DNA from: Candidatus Aminicenantes bacterium
GTDB taxonomy: Bacteria; Acidobacteriota; Aminicenantia; Aminicenantales; JAFGAV01
DNA length: 64,000 nt
Reading direction: 5' to 3'
NCBI GenBank assembly: GCA_963702835.1
Contig: OY969762.1
Coordinates: forward strand, 2,181,501 to 2,245,500
A program made the position numbers and the translations under genes. The notes beneath the pieces were generated by a model. The model was given only the letters and a program-made list of their open reading frames with translations. It was not told where the DNA came from and searched no databases. Within the stretch, counting starts at the first letter, position 1; the number at the start of each line of letters is the position of its first letter. Of the stretch, positions 43,620 to 52,850 are shown one piece after another.

Positions 43620-44450
43620 ATGAACAGACGCTTCATGATCCTGGTTTCCATTCTTGGCTTGGTGGGCCTAAGCCTTCCGGCTGCCGCCCAGTTCCTGCCC
43701 GAAGAGGTGGCCGAACGGGCCAAGTGGGAGGATTTCCTGACCACGGCCGAGATCGTCGGCCAGGAACAGTTGAAAGGCGAAGGGGCGGTGACCAACCCCT
43801 GGAAGCTGACCCTGAAAAAGGATGACCTTCAGCACTATGCCCTGTGGAAGAACATCAACGTGATGGTGGGGCGCTACACGGACAGCTGGAAATGGGAGGT
43901 GGCCGCCTACCGGATCGATAAGCTCTTGGACCTGAATATGGTGCCGCCCACCATGGAGCGCCGCTTCCAGGGCGACCACGGGTCAATCCAGATTTGGGCC
44001 GACGTGGAAATGACGCTCAAACAGAAAATGGACAAAAACATCAAGATGCCTTCCTATAAGATCTTCTTCTGGAACAGGGCCCTCTACCTGCAGCGATTTT
44101 TCGACAACTTGATCGGCAACGAAGACCGTCACCAGAACAACTACCTCATCACCAAGGATTGGCGCTTGATTCTCATCGACCATTCCCGGAGCTTCCGCAC
44201 CTCTAAAAAATTCACCACGGAGCTCCTCTACACCGAAAAGCGGCCGGAAGGGCCGATGGAAATGAAGGAGCTGCCCCGGACGCTGGTGGACAAGCTCAAG
44301 GCTCTGACCGCGGAAAGCGTCAAGGCCGCCGTGGGAGAGTATCTGACCGATGAAGAGGTCAAGGCCGTGCTCCTTCGGCGCGACCTGATGCTCCTGGAAA
44401 TCGACAAGCTGATCAAAAAATACGGCGGAGAAGACAAGGTCCTGTACTGA
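43620..44450 (+). CDS. Exported PI3K/PI4K-like atypical kinase paralog 3 (motifs intact)
   Basis: 276 aa with the signal peptide ...LSLPAAAQ, ALWK, DSWKWEVAAYRIDKLLDLNMVPPT, the catalytic loop LIGNEDRHQNNYLI (DRHxxN) and LILIDHSRSF. A strong RBS (GGGAGGGGAAGG) precedes the ATG. Confidence 0.65.
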   Translation: MNRRFMILVSILGLVGLSLPAAAQFLPEEVAERAKWEDFLTTAEIVGQEQLKGEGAVTNPWKLTLKKDDLQHYALWKNINVMVGRYTDSWKWEVAAYRIDKLLDLNMVPPTMERRFQGDHGSIQIWADVEMTLKQKMDKNIKMPSYKIFFWNRALYLQRFFDNLIGNEDRHQNNYLITKDWRLILIDHSRSFRTSKKFTTELLYTEKRPEGPMEMKELPRTLVDKLKALTAESVKAAVGEYLTDEEVKAVLLRRDLMLLEIDKLIKKYGGEDKVLY

Positions 44451-44492
44451 GCGGCCTCTCTTCATCCGGCGCCACCGCCTCAGCCAAGCGCC

Positions 44493-44915
44493 CTAGCCGG
44501 AAGGAATCGTCATCCACAAGGTCAGGACGTTTTGTTTTTCTTCCCGGCGGTAATCAAGGCCTTCCATCAGAGTGCGCATGAGATGAACGCCGAACCCGCC
44601 CTTGACCCCATCCCTCACATAACGGTCCAGGTCCGGCGGCTCAACGTCCCGGGGATCGAAGGGATGGCCGTCGTCCCTGATCTCGATGGTGAGCCGGCCG
44701 CCCTCGAGCCTGGCCCAAAGACGGATCTCGCCCTGGCCCTGGGCATAGGCATAGCAGATGATGTTGAGACAGGCTTCGGTCACGGCCAGCTCCAAGTGAT
44801 AGGTCGGTTCGGCCGGCAGGTTGAGCCGGACGGCGACATCTTTCAGGAAGAGGCGGACCAGGGCGACCCCGGCCATATCGCCCTGGACAACGATCTTCTC
44901 GTTCAAACCCACCAT
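44493..44915 (-). CDS. RsbW/SpoIIAB-type anti-sigma-like Ser/Thr kinase (HATPase_c)
   Basis: HLELAVTEACLNIICYAY (N-box), IRDDGHPFD (G1) and GGFGVHLMRTL (G2). I start at MVGLNEK (ATG 44915); the track ORF runs to 45038. Confidence 0.8.
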   Translation of the reverse strand: MVGLNEKIVVQGDMAGVALVRLFLKDVAVRLNLPAEPTYHLELAVTEACLNIICYAYAQGQGEIRLWARLEGGRLTIEIRDDGHPFDPRDVEPPDLDRYVRDGVKGGFGVHLMRTLMEGLDYRREEKQNVLTLWMTIPSG

Positions 44916-44984
44916 TTTTCGATTTCCCCACCATTTTACCAGAACAGGCATCGGGGAGAAACTTTTAATGTTGGATTGCCGGAT

Positions 44985-45013
44985 TTGACATTTTGCAGAT
45001 GATCCATTAAGAA
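44985..45013 (+). promoter_or_regulatory. Putative sigma70 promoter of the TLC-EF-hand gene
   Basis: TTGACA (44985..44990), 17 nt spacer, TAAGAA (45008..45013). An AAGGAGGG RBS precedes ATG 45048. Confidence 0.35.
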
Positions 45014-45047
45014 ATAGACATTCAACGGGAGTGGACAAGGAGGGACT

Positions 45048-46556
45048 ATGAGCGATTCCCCCGGCTCACCCAACGTTTTCTATAAGTTCCTCAGGCTGTT
45101 CACCGACATCCGGCCCGGAGAGGCGCCCAAAGCCCTGCTCCTAGCCCTGAACATTTTCCTGTTGCTCCTAGCCTATTATCTCATCAAGCCGGTCCGGGAG
45201 GCGCTCTTGCTTGTGGATAAAGACGCGCCCAGGATCAAGAGCTATCTCAGCGGCGCCCAGGCCTTCCTCCTGGTCTTCGTCATCATGGCCTTCAGCCTCC
45301 TTGCCTCCAAGGTGCCCCGGCATAAGCTCATTACCTGGGTGACCCTATTCTTCATCTCCAACTTGGTCATCTTTTATATCCTGCACCTGGCGGGCGTCGG
45401 CGCCGGCGCCATGGGCATCGTCTTTTTTATCTGGATCGGTATTTTCAACCTGCTGGTGGTGGCCCAGTTCTGGGGTTTCGCCAATGATCTCTACATAGAT
45501 GAGGTCGGCAAGCGAATTTTCCCCCTGATCGCTTTCGGCGCCACCCTGGGCGCCGTAACCGGCAGCCGAATCGCCAAGCTGATCATCGAGCCTCTGGGCA
45601 AGTTTAACTTGATGCTCCTCTCCGGCGCAGTGTTGGGGGTGTGCATCCTTATGGCGGTCTTGATTCATCGGCGGGAGGTCCGCTCACCCCAGAGCGGGGG
45701 ACAGCCCGACGCCCACCTGCAGGAGAAGCCGCTCAAACCGGGCGACGGATTCAGCCTGGTGGTCAAGACCCGCTACTTGCTTTACATTGCCCTGGCCATC
45801 CTGGTTTATAATTTCATCAACACCATCGGCGAATACATCATCTCCGACGTCAGCACCCGGTCGGGGGGAAAGGCTTTTGAGGCTACCTCCTCCGTTCAAG
45901 AACAGCTCAATCTTAAGTGGTTTCGGGAAAGGGATCTCAACAACGATAATATTCTGGCCGATAAGGAAGTCCCCAATAAAAAAACCTTTGAACGGCTGGA
46001 TGACAACAAGGACAAAGTCATTACTTTAAAAGAAGCGCGCGAATTTTTCATCGGGGAATATAACGGCAAGTTTTTCTCCGACTACCAGTTCCTGACCAAC
46101 ATCCTGGCCTTGGTCATTCAGTTATTTCTGGTATCCCGCATCTTCCGCTGGGTGGGAGTGGGGGGGGCGCTTTTCGTCCTGCCCTTCATCGCCCTGGGCG
46201 GGTATGCCTTCATCTCCCTGGGCGCCACCCTGCTCCTGGTCAAGTGGGTCAAGTCCTTGGAAAACGGGACGGACTATTCCTTGATGAACACCATCAAGGC
46301 CGCCTTATTCCTGGTCACGCCCCGCGAGGAAAAGTACAAGGCCAAGGCGGCCATCGACACTTTCTTCGTCCGGGGCGGGGACGCCCTGGCCGCCCTGGCC
46401 GTATTCATCGGTACGACCTTCCTGGCCATGAAGATCGAAAAATTCGCTATCCTGAACATCGCCATCGTCCTTGTCTGGCTATTACTGGCTTACCTGATCA
46501 TGCGGCAGTATAAGCTGAAAAAAGCCCAGTCGGCGGTTGTTCAGGACCATAAATAA
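45048..46556 (+). CDS. TLC/Npt-like MFS transporter with an inserted EF-hand pair
   Basis: 502 aa. FLRLFTDIRPGEAPKALLLALNIFLLLLAYYLIKPVREA belongs to the same family as the two HEAT fusions. A loop insertion carries DLNNDNILADKE (45933..45968) and DDNKDKVITLKE (45999..46034). Confidence 0.75.
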   Translation: MSDSPGSPNVFYKFLRLFTDIRPGEAPKALLLALNIFLLLLAYYLIKPVREALLLVDKDAPRIKSYLSGAQAFLLVFVIMAFSLLASKVPRHKLITWVTLFFISNLVIFYILHLAGVGAGAMGIVFFIWIGIFNLLVVAQFWGFANDLYIDEVGKRIFPLIAFGATLGAVTGSRIAKLIIEPLGKFNLMLLSGAVLGVCILMAVLIHRREVRSPQSGGQPDAHLQEKPLKPGDGFSLVVKTRYLLYIALAILVYNFINTIGEYIISDVSTRSGGKAFEATSSVQEQLNLKWFRERDLNNDNILADKEVPNKKTFERLDDNKDKVITLKEAREFFIGEYNGKFFSDYQFLTNILALVIQLFLVSRIFRWVGVGGALFVLPFIALGGYAFISLGATLLLVKWVKSLENGTDYSLMNTIKAALFLVTPREEKYKAKAAIDTFFVRGGDALAALAVFIGTTFLAMKIEKFAILNIAIVLVWLLLAYLIMRQYKLKKAQSAVVQDHK

Positions 46557-46580
46557 AATCAAAACGAGGAGGAAAAGATC

Positions 46581-47342
46581 ATGAAGATGGTCACGATCAT
46601 CATGAGAACAGCAATCATTCTGGCCTTGGCAGCGGGCATCCTGGCCGGCCAGGCGCAGACTCAGGCTCAAACGCAGCCCCAGACCCCCGCCCCCCAGGAG
46701 CCGGCCTTCCGGCCGGCCCTGCTGGAGCAGCCCTTTCCCGACTTCAGCCTGCCCACCTACCAGGGCGGCAGCCTGACCCTCTCCAGCCTCCGGGGCAAGA
46801 ACGTCGTTCTCATCATTTCCCGCGTCTATGCCGGAGAAGGACGCTACTGCACCATCTGCGACTACAAGTACGCCGAAGCTGTGGAAATCGAGAATAAAGC
46901 CAAGCTCCGCGAAAAATATAATGCCGAGGTGTTGTTCCTTTTCGCCTTCAGCCGGGAAGAAGTGGCCAAATGGCTGGCGGCCTTGCCCGCTCAACTGGAG
47001 AAGATCAAAAACTGGAAGAACCCTCCGGAGCCGGAAAAACTTGACCAGCAGGGAAAAGAGCGAATGGAGCGCATGCGCAAGTTTTTTCCCCTTGACTTGA
47101 GCCTGAAGGAGGGCGAAGTCCCCCTGCCCTTCCCCCTGCTCCTCGATGCCGACCGGAAGCTGTCCAAGACTCTGGGTGTCTTCGCCGCGGAATGGAGCGG
47201 CAGCAAGGCGGACCAAGGCATCCCCAGCGTCTTTATCCTGGACAAGAACGGCGTCCTCCAGTTCAAGTACATCGGCCAGAACACGGCGGACCGGCCCAGC
47301 TACGAGTATTTGATGAAGATCCTGAACATGATCGGAAGGTAA
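46581..47342 (+). CDS. Exported redoxin/AhpC-TSA-like thioredoxin-fold protein
   Basis: 253 aa with a signal peptide and a QT-rich linker. FPDFSLPTYQGGSLTLSSLRGKNVVLI...YCTIC is a peroxiredoxin-like N-terminal pattern. It lies 24 nt after the transporter gene. Confidence 0.65.
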   Translation: MKMVTIIMRTAIILALAAGILAGQAQTQAQTQPQTPAPQEPAFRPALLEQPFPDFSLPTYQGGSLTLSSLRGKNVVLIISRVYAGEGRYCTICDYKYAEAVEIENKAKLREKYNAEVLFLFAFSREEVAKWLAALPAQLEKIKNWKNPPEPEKLDQQGKERMERMRKFFPLDLSLKEGEVPLPFPLLLDADRKLSKTLGVFAAEWSGSKADQGIPSVFILDKNGVLQFKYIGQNTADRPSYEYLMKILNMIGR

Positions 47343-47506
47343 GAATACGCCCGTATCTTTCAAGAAATGGCAAAATTATAAAAAGATATTCACAGTATTG
47401 TGAATAACCCTGTGAATAACTCTATTTTTCTTATGCCAACCCGCTGCATTCACGGAGGATATGACAAATTGCACTCGAATATGTGCATCGGCCGGCCCTC
47501 AAAATT

Positions 47507-50500
47507 CTAACGGACGGTATTCTTCTTTTTGAATCGAAGGGCCAAGTCGTCTAAGAGCGAATAGACGACCGGGACGATGACCAGGGTCAACAGGGTTGAG
47601 CTGGTCAGCCCGCCGATGATGGTGAAGCCGATGGCTTGCCGGAAGTTGGAGCTGGCGCCCAGCCCCGCCGCCACGGGAATCATGCCCAGGATCATGGCCA
47701 TAGTGGTCATCAGGATCGGCCGCAGACGGGTCGAGCCCGCTTCGACGATAGCTTCAGCCCGCTTTAAGCCCCGCCGGCGCAGGGTGTTCGTGTAATCGAT
47801 GAGCAGGATGGAGTTTTTGGTGACCAGCCCCATGAGCATGATCAGGCCAATAAAGGCCACCATGTCGAACAGCTTGTTGGCCAGGAGCAGGCCCAAGACG
47901 GCCCCAATGATGGACAGGGGGAGGGCCAGCATGATGACAAAAGGCTGGATAAAGGAGCCGAACTGCGCGGCCAGGACCATATAGACAAAGACGATGGCCA
48001 AGAAAAGGGCCAGGGTCAGGGAGCCGAACATTTGCCGGGTCATTTCCACCTGGCCGCTGTACTCATAGCTGACGTCGCCGGGGAAGCGCACGGCGGCCAG
48101 CGCGGCGTCGGCCTTGCGGGTGATCTCGTTCAAGGCCCGGCCCTTCAGGACGTTGGCCGAGATGCTGATGCGGCGGATGCGGTTGGCGCGCTTGATCTGG
48201 GTCGGCCCGCTAACGATCTTGAGCTGGGCCACCTGGTCCAAGGTGATGGACCCGCCTCTCATAGTGGGCAGGTAGGCTTCCCGGATCTTTTCCAGGTTGA
48301 AGCGAAGGTCCTCCGTGGCCCGGACGCGGATGTCGATGAGCTTTTCTCCCTCGCGGTACTTGGAAGCCAGGTCACCGTCGATCATGGAGCGCATCAGGGA
48401 GGCGACTTGATAGGTCCCGGCCCCGAGCCGGGTGGCGCGCTCGCGGTCGATCTGAATCTGGATTTCGGGCTTGGGCGGCCGGTTGTTGCTGTTGATGTCC
48501 ACCAACCCGCTGACGCTCTGCAGGGCTTGGACGACGTTGTCGCTGGCCTTGCTCAGGTGGCCGAGGTCCGTGCCCTTGAGGTCGATTTGGACGGGCAACT
48601 GCTGCATGGAAGAGAAGGCCGCCCCGCCCATGCTCATGGCCTCCTGGAAGGTGATGGTCGCCCCGGGGATGACGGCCAGCAGGGGGCGCAGCCGGTCTTG
48701 ATAGGCCTGGGAATCTTTGGGGGGCAGGTTGAGCTTGACGTTGACGCTGGCCACGTCGGAGGAGCCGTCGGACGAGCCGACGATGGTGGACAGATCTGTG
48801 ATTTCCTTCTGCTGCCGGAGAACCGTCTCGATCCGCCGGACGATCTGGTCGGTCTGCTCCAAGGAGCTGCCCGAAGCGGTCTGGATGGACAGGTTGAATT
48901 CGGGCTGCTGCCCGTGCGGTGCTCCGCCCGTGCCCACCAGGGTGAAAAGGTAGGCGCTCAGGATGAAGACCAGAGTAGTGATGAGGACGATCGTCTTGCG
49001 GTGGCCCAAGGCCCAGCGTAGGACCGGGCGATAGTTGTTTCCCAGCTTCTCATAGAACTTGGAGACCAGTCCCCCGAAGCGCGACGACAGGGTTTTCCGC
49101 CCGTCCTTTTCGGCCTTGCGGAAGAAGTAGGCCGAGAGCATGGGGGCGAAGGTGAAGGCCTCGAACAGGGAGATAAGGACTGCGGCCGCCACGGTCACCC
49201 CGAACTGCCGGAAGAACTTGCCGGCAATGCCCGCGGTGAAGGCCACCGGCAGGAAGACGGCCACGATGGTCAGGGTGGTGGCCATGACCGCCAGGCCGAC
49301 CTCTGAGGTGCCGTCGCTGGCCGCCTGGCGAGGTGTCTGGCCCAGCTTATCCATGTGGCGGAATATGTTCTCCCGGACGACGATGGCGTCGTCGATCAGC
49401 AGCCCAACCGACAAACTCAAGGCCATAAGGGTGATGACGTTGACCGTGTAGCCCAGGGCGCTCATCACGGCGAAAACGGCGATGATGCACACCGGCAGAC
49501 CGGCCACAGTGATGAGTGTGTTGCGCAGGTCACCGAAGGAGAAAAAGACGACCAGGCCGGCGAAAAGAATGCCCAGGATCAGGCTGTTGATGACCTCATT
49601 TCGGGAGTTTCTGATGATGACCGAGGTGTCCACCGTCGGCCGGATTTCGAGGTTGGGGTAGGCGGCCTTGATGCGGTCTATGGTTTTATAGACCTGGTCG
49701 GCCACCTTGATCGTGTTTGTCCCGGACTGCTTCTGCACTACGAGGGAGATGTTCTCCAGGCCGTTCAGGCGGGAGATCGTCCGCTTGGTCTTGAAACCGT
49801 CCTTGACCGTGCCGATGTCCTTGAGGTAAACGGGATTGCCGGCCACCGTGGCCACCACGATGTCCAGCATTTCCTGCAAGCTGCCGAACTCGGCCTTGGT
49901 CCGGATGAGAAAATCCTGGGTCTTTTCGGTCACCCGGCCGGCAGGCAGGTTAAGGTTTTCCCCCCGGATAGCCTGGGTGACCTGGGCGATGGAGATGCCC
50001 AGGGCGTTCATTTTATTGAGGTCCACCTCGACCTGGATTTCCCGCTCCAGGCCGCCGATGATGTTCACCGCGCCGACGCCGTCCACTTGTTGGATGCTGG
50101 GCTTGATGTTGTCTTCGATCAGGGTCCGCAGCTCGGGAAGGCCCACAGAGTTGCCCTTGCTCTGGATGCCGAAGGACACCACCGGCACGGCCGAGGGGTC
50201 GAATTTGTCGATGATGGGTTCGATGATCTCCCGGGGCAGGGTGTTGCGGATAGTGGCCACCTTTTCCCGGACTTCGGAGGAGGCCTGCTGGGTGTCCTTC
50301 TCCAGGACGAACTGGGCAACGATGACCGAAACCCCTTCCGAGGAGGTGGAATAAAGCTTGTCCAGGCCGTTGAGGGTGCTCAGCACGTCCTCGATGGGCT
50401 TGGTCACCTGGGATTCCATCTCCTCAGGGCCCACGCCGGGGTTGGCCACGGTGACGGCCACGATGGGCAGGGTGATGTCGGGCATGAGGTCTACGCCCAG

Positions 50501-50593
50501 CCGGGAGTAGGACAGGGCACCTATGACCACCAGGGCGATGATGATCATGGTGATGAAGACGGGTTGCTTGATGGAAACGTCGGCAATTTTCAT
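47507..50593 (-). CDS. RND-family efflux permease (AcrB/HAE-type)
   Basis: 1028 aa. The N-terminus MKIADVSIKQPVFITMIIIALVVIGALSY and the 12-TM, two-large-loop architecture are typical of AcrB-family pumps. Confidence 0.9.
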   Translation of the reverse strand: MKIADVSIKQPVFITMIIIALVVIGALSYSRLGVDLMPDITLPIVAVTVANPGVGPEEMESQVTKPIEDVLSTLNGLDKLYSTSSEGVSVIVAQFVLEKDTQQASSEVREKVATIRNTLPREIIEPIIDKFDPSAVPVVSFGIQSKGNSVGLPELRTLIEDNIKPSIQQVDGVGAVNIIGGLEREIQVEVDLNKMNALGISIAQVTQAIRGENLNLPAGRVTEKTQDFLIRTKAEFGSLQEMLDIVVATVAGNPVYLKDIGTVKDGFKTKRTISRLNGLENISLVVQKQSGTNTIKVADQVYKTIDRIKAAYPNLEIRPTVDTSVIIRNSRNEVINSLILGILFAGLVVFFSFGDLRNTLITVAGLPVCIIAVFAVMSALGYTVNVITLMALSLSVGLLIDDAIVVRENIFRHMDKLGQTPRQAASDGTSEVGLAVMATTLTIVAVFLPVAFTAGIAGKFFRQFGVTVAAAVLISLFEAFTFAPMLSAYFFRKAEKDGRKTLSSRFGGLVSKFYEKLGNNYRPVLRWALGHRKTIVLITTLVFILSAYLFTLVGTGGAPHGQQPEFNLSIQTASGSSLEQTDQIVRRIETVLRQQKEITDLSTIVGSSDGSSDVASVNVKLNLPPKDSQAYQDRLRPLLAVIPGATITFQEAMSMGGAAFSSMQQLPVQIDLKGTDLGHLSKASDNVVQALQSVSGLVDINSNNRPPKPEIQIQIDRERATRLGAGTYQVASLMRSMIDGDLASKYREGEKLIDIRVRATEDLRFNLEKIREAYLPTMRGGSITLDQVAQLKIVSGPTQIKRANRIRRISISANVLKGRALNEITRKADAALAAVRFPGDVSYEYSGQVEMTRQMFGSLTLALFLAIVFVYMVLAAQFGSFIQPFVIMLALPLSIIGAVLGLLLANKLFDMVAFIGLIMLMGLVTKNSILLIDYTNTLRRRGLKRAEAIVEAGSTRLRPILMTTMAMILGMIPVAAGLGASSNFRQAIGFTIIGGLTSSTLLTLVIVPVVYSLLDDLALRFKKKNTVR

Positions 50594-50605
50594 GGAGAAC
50601 GCTCC

Positions 50606-51517
50606 TCAGTTCCGGACCGGCTGGGGGGTGATGATCTTGATCTTGTCCTTGTCGTTGAGCTGGCTGGCCCCCGTGGTGACGACCTGCTGGCCGGCCTGGA
50701 GGCCGGTCAGGATCTCGATGACGTCGCCCTCCACTTGGCCCACGGTCACCGGCTGGATCTGGGCTTGGCCGCCGTCGGCCAGGAAGACGTATTTTTGGCC
50801 GGCCCGGTCAACCACCGCAGCCAAGGACACAACCAGGGCCTGGCGCTGACCGGTGGTCCACTCCACTTCGGCATACATTCCCGGTTTGATCCGGTAGCCG
50901 GGGTTGGGCAGGCTCAGCTCGACGTCGATGGTTCGGTTGACGGGGTTGGCCACGGGGGAGATGTTGGTCACCTGGGCTTTGAAGGTTTCGCCCGGATAGG
51001 ATTCCAGGGTCACCTTGGCGGCCTGGCCCATTTTGATGAAGCGGATCTTCTTTTCGTCCACGGAGGCCATGACCTTGACCCGGTCGATATCGACCAGGGT
51101 CATCAGGGGAACGGCCGGGTTGACGGCCGCGCCCGGGTTCTGGAGCAGCCGGGAGACGACGCCCTTGACGTCGCTCTTGACCTCGAAATCCTTGAATTCA
51201 AACCCCACTTCGTCCCGGCTGACGATGGCCACCGTCTGTCCGGGCTGGACGACGCTGCCCATCTTGACCAGGTTCTTGGCGACCTTGCCCATGACCTTGG
51301 AGTAGAGGGTGATCTCGGAATCAGCCTGGATATTGGCCGAAGCGTGAAAGCTGTCCACGATGTTGATCGTCGAAGGCTGGGCGGTTTCGACCGCGACGAT
51401 TTTTTGAGGAACGGGCTGGTTGGCCGCCTTTTTCTTGGCGGCGTAGTTGACATAGGCCCGGAAGCCGATGAAGCCCAAGATCAGGACCAGGACCAGGATG
51501 ATGATGACTTTCTTCAT
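50606..51517 (-). CDS. RND efflux periplasmic adaptor (membrane fusion protein)
   Basis: 303 aa with a signal anchor and lipoyl/beta-barrel segments (ITLYSKVMGKVAK...VQPGQTVAIV). It sits immediately upstream of the RND pump. Confidence 0.85.
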   Translation of the reverse strand: MKKVIIILVLVLILGFIGFRAYVNYAAKKKAANQPVPQKIVAVETAQPSTINIVDSFHASANIQADSEITLYSKVMGKVAKNLVKMGSVVQPGQTVAIVSRDEVGFEFKDFEVKSDVKGVVSRLLQNPGAAVNPAVPLMTLVDIDRVKVMASVDEKKIRFIKMGQAAKVTLESYPGETFKAQVTNISPVANPVNRTIDVELSLPNPGYRIKPGMYAEVEWTTGQRQALVVSLAAVVDRAGQKYVFLADGGQAQIQPVTVGQVEGDVIEILTGLQAGQQVVTTGASQLNDKDKIKIITPQPVRN

Positions 51518-51533
51518 GATCTGCTCCCTTTGC

Positions 51534-52850
51534 TCAATCGTATATTTTTTTCCCGACGGAGAGGTAAAGGTTGAATGTGCCCAGGATATGGCTGTAAACG
51601 AGCTGGAGAGTGTTGAGCTTGGCCATCTCCAGGCTGTTCTGGGTGTCGATAAAATCTTGGGCGCTCAACAGCCCCTTTTGGTAGCGGTCCTCGGCGATGC
51701 GCAGCGCGTCCTCGGCCAGCTTGATTTTGACCTTTTCGATGTCCAGTTTCTGCTCGACGGTCTTCAGGTCGGCCAGGATGGTGTCGATGTCCATCCGGAC
51801 GTTTTGTTCCAGGGTCTGGCGCTGGAGTTGGATGGCCCTCAGACCGGATTCGCCCTCGGCCACCTGGGCGCTCGCCCGGAAGCCGTCGAACAGGGGAATG
51901 TTCAGACTCAGGGTGGCCATGAAATTGCCCGTGAGTTTTTCGATATCGGGCAAGTAGCCGTTGCGATAATCGTAGGTGAGGGCCAGGGCCAGGCTGGGCT
52001 TGTTGGCGGTTTTGACCAGCTCGATTCCGAGCTCGGTCATTCGCGTCTGGTTGTTGAGCTGCTCGAATTCGATGCGCTGGGCCAGGGAGGCCTGGATGAG
52101 CTGCGCTCGGTCGAGAGGCTGAACGTTGTGCTCCAGCGCGCCGGCCGGGTTGAGCGGCGCCTCGGCCGGCCGTCCGGCCAAGGCGTTGTAGGCCAGGCTC
52201 AGCTTGCGGATGCTATTCTCGAAATCGAGCTTCTGGGCCTGGAGGGCGCTGACCTGGACCTGGAGGGTGGAGGCGTCGAAGCTGGAGGCCAGCCCGGCCT
52301 TGTAGCGCTCGGTCATAATGGCCGCTTTTTTGTCAAAAGATTTGATATTGTCCTCCAGGACCTGGATCGATTCCTTGAAGAACAGGATGCCGTAGAACAG
52401 GGGAGCCACCTGATAGGAAACGGCCTGCCGCGTCAGGGCCAGGCCGTCCTTGGCCATGTCCACCCCTGTCCGGCTGAGCTCGATCGATTTCCGGATGCGG
52501 CCCCAAGCGAAGAGGGGTTCAGCCAATGTCGCCCGGAAGTCATAGTTGTTGGCCAGGCCGAATTTCATGTTAAAAGTCTGGCCCATGAAGGACATTTCGA
52601 GTTCTTGGACCAAGGACATCCGGGTGTAGGTCCCGCCCAGGCTGACCTGGGGCCACAACAGGCTGTTGCTCTCCTTGACCTTCAGCTCCGCCCCGGTCAC
52701 CGACTCGGAGGCGGTTTGAAGAAGGAGGCTACCCTCCAGGGCTAAGTCGATGCACTCCTTGAGAGTCATCGGCTTCTCTTGAGCCCCGGCCGGGAGGCTG
52801 GCCGCCGTCAGGGCAGCTAAGATTAAAAGGACCAACCATCGTCTGATCAT
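51534..52850 (-). CDS. TolC-family outer membrane efflux protein
   Basis: Starts at [24 protein letters not shown] (ATG 52850, ATGA overlap with the tetR stop). OEP repeats are present. The track ORF extends to 53114 only by overlapping tetR. Confidence 0.85.
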   Translation of the reverse strand: MIRRWLVLLILAALTAASLPAGAQEKPMTLKECIDLALEGSLLLQTASESVTGAELKVKESNSLLWPQVSLGGTYTRMSLVQELEMSFMGQTFNMKFGLANNYDFRATLAEPLFAWGRIRKSIELSRTGVDMAKDGLALTRQAVSYQVAPLFYGILFFKESIQVLEDNIKSFDKKAAIMTERYKAGLASSFDASTLQVQVSALQAQKLDFENSIRKLSLAYNALAGRPAEAPLNPAGALEHNVQPLDRAQLIQASLAQRIEFEQLNNQTRMTELGIELVKTANKPSLALALTYDYRNGYLPDIEKLTGNFMATLSLNIPLFDGFRASAQVAEGESGLRAIQLQRQTLEQNVRMDIDTILADLKTVEQKLDIEKVKIKLAEDALRIAEDRYQKGLLSAQDFIDTQNSLEMAKLNTLQLVYSHILGTFNLYLSVGKKIYD

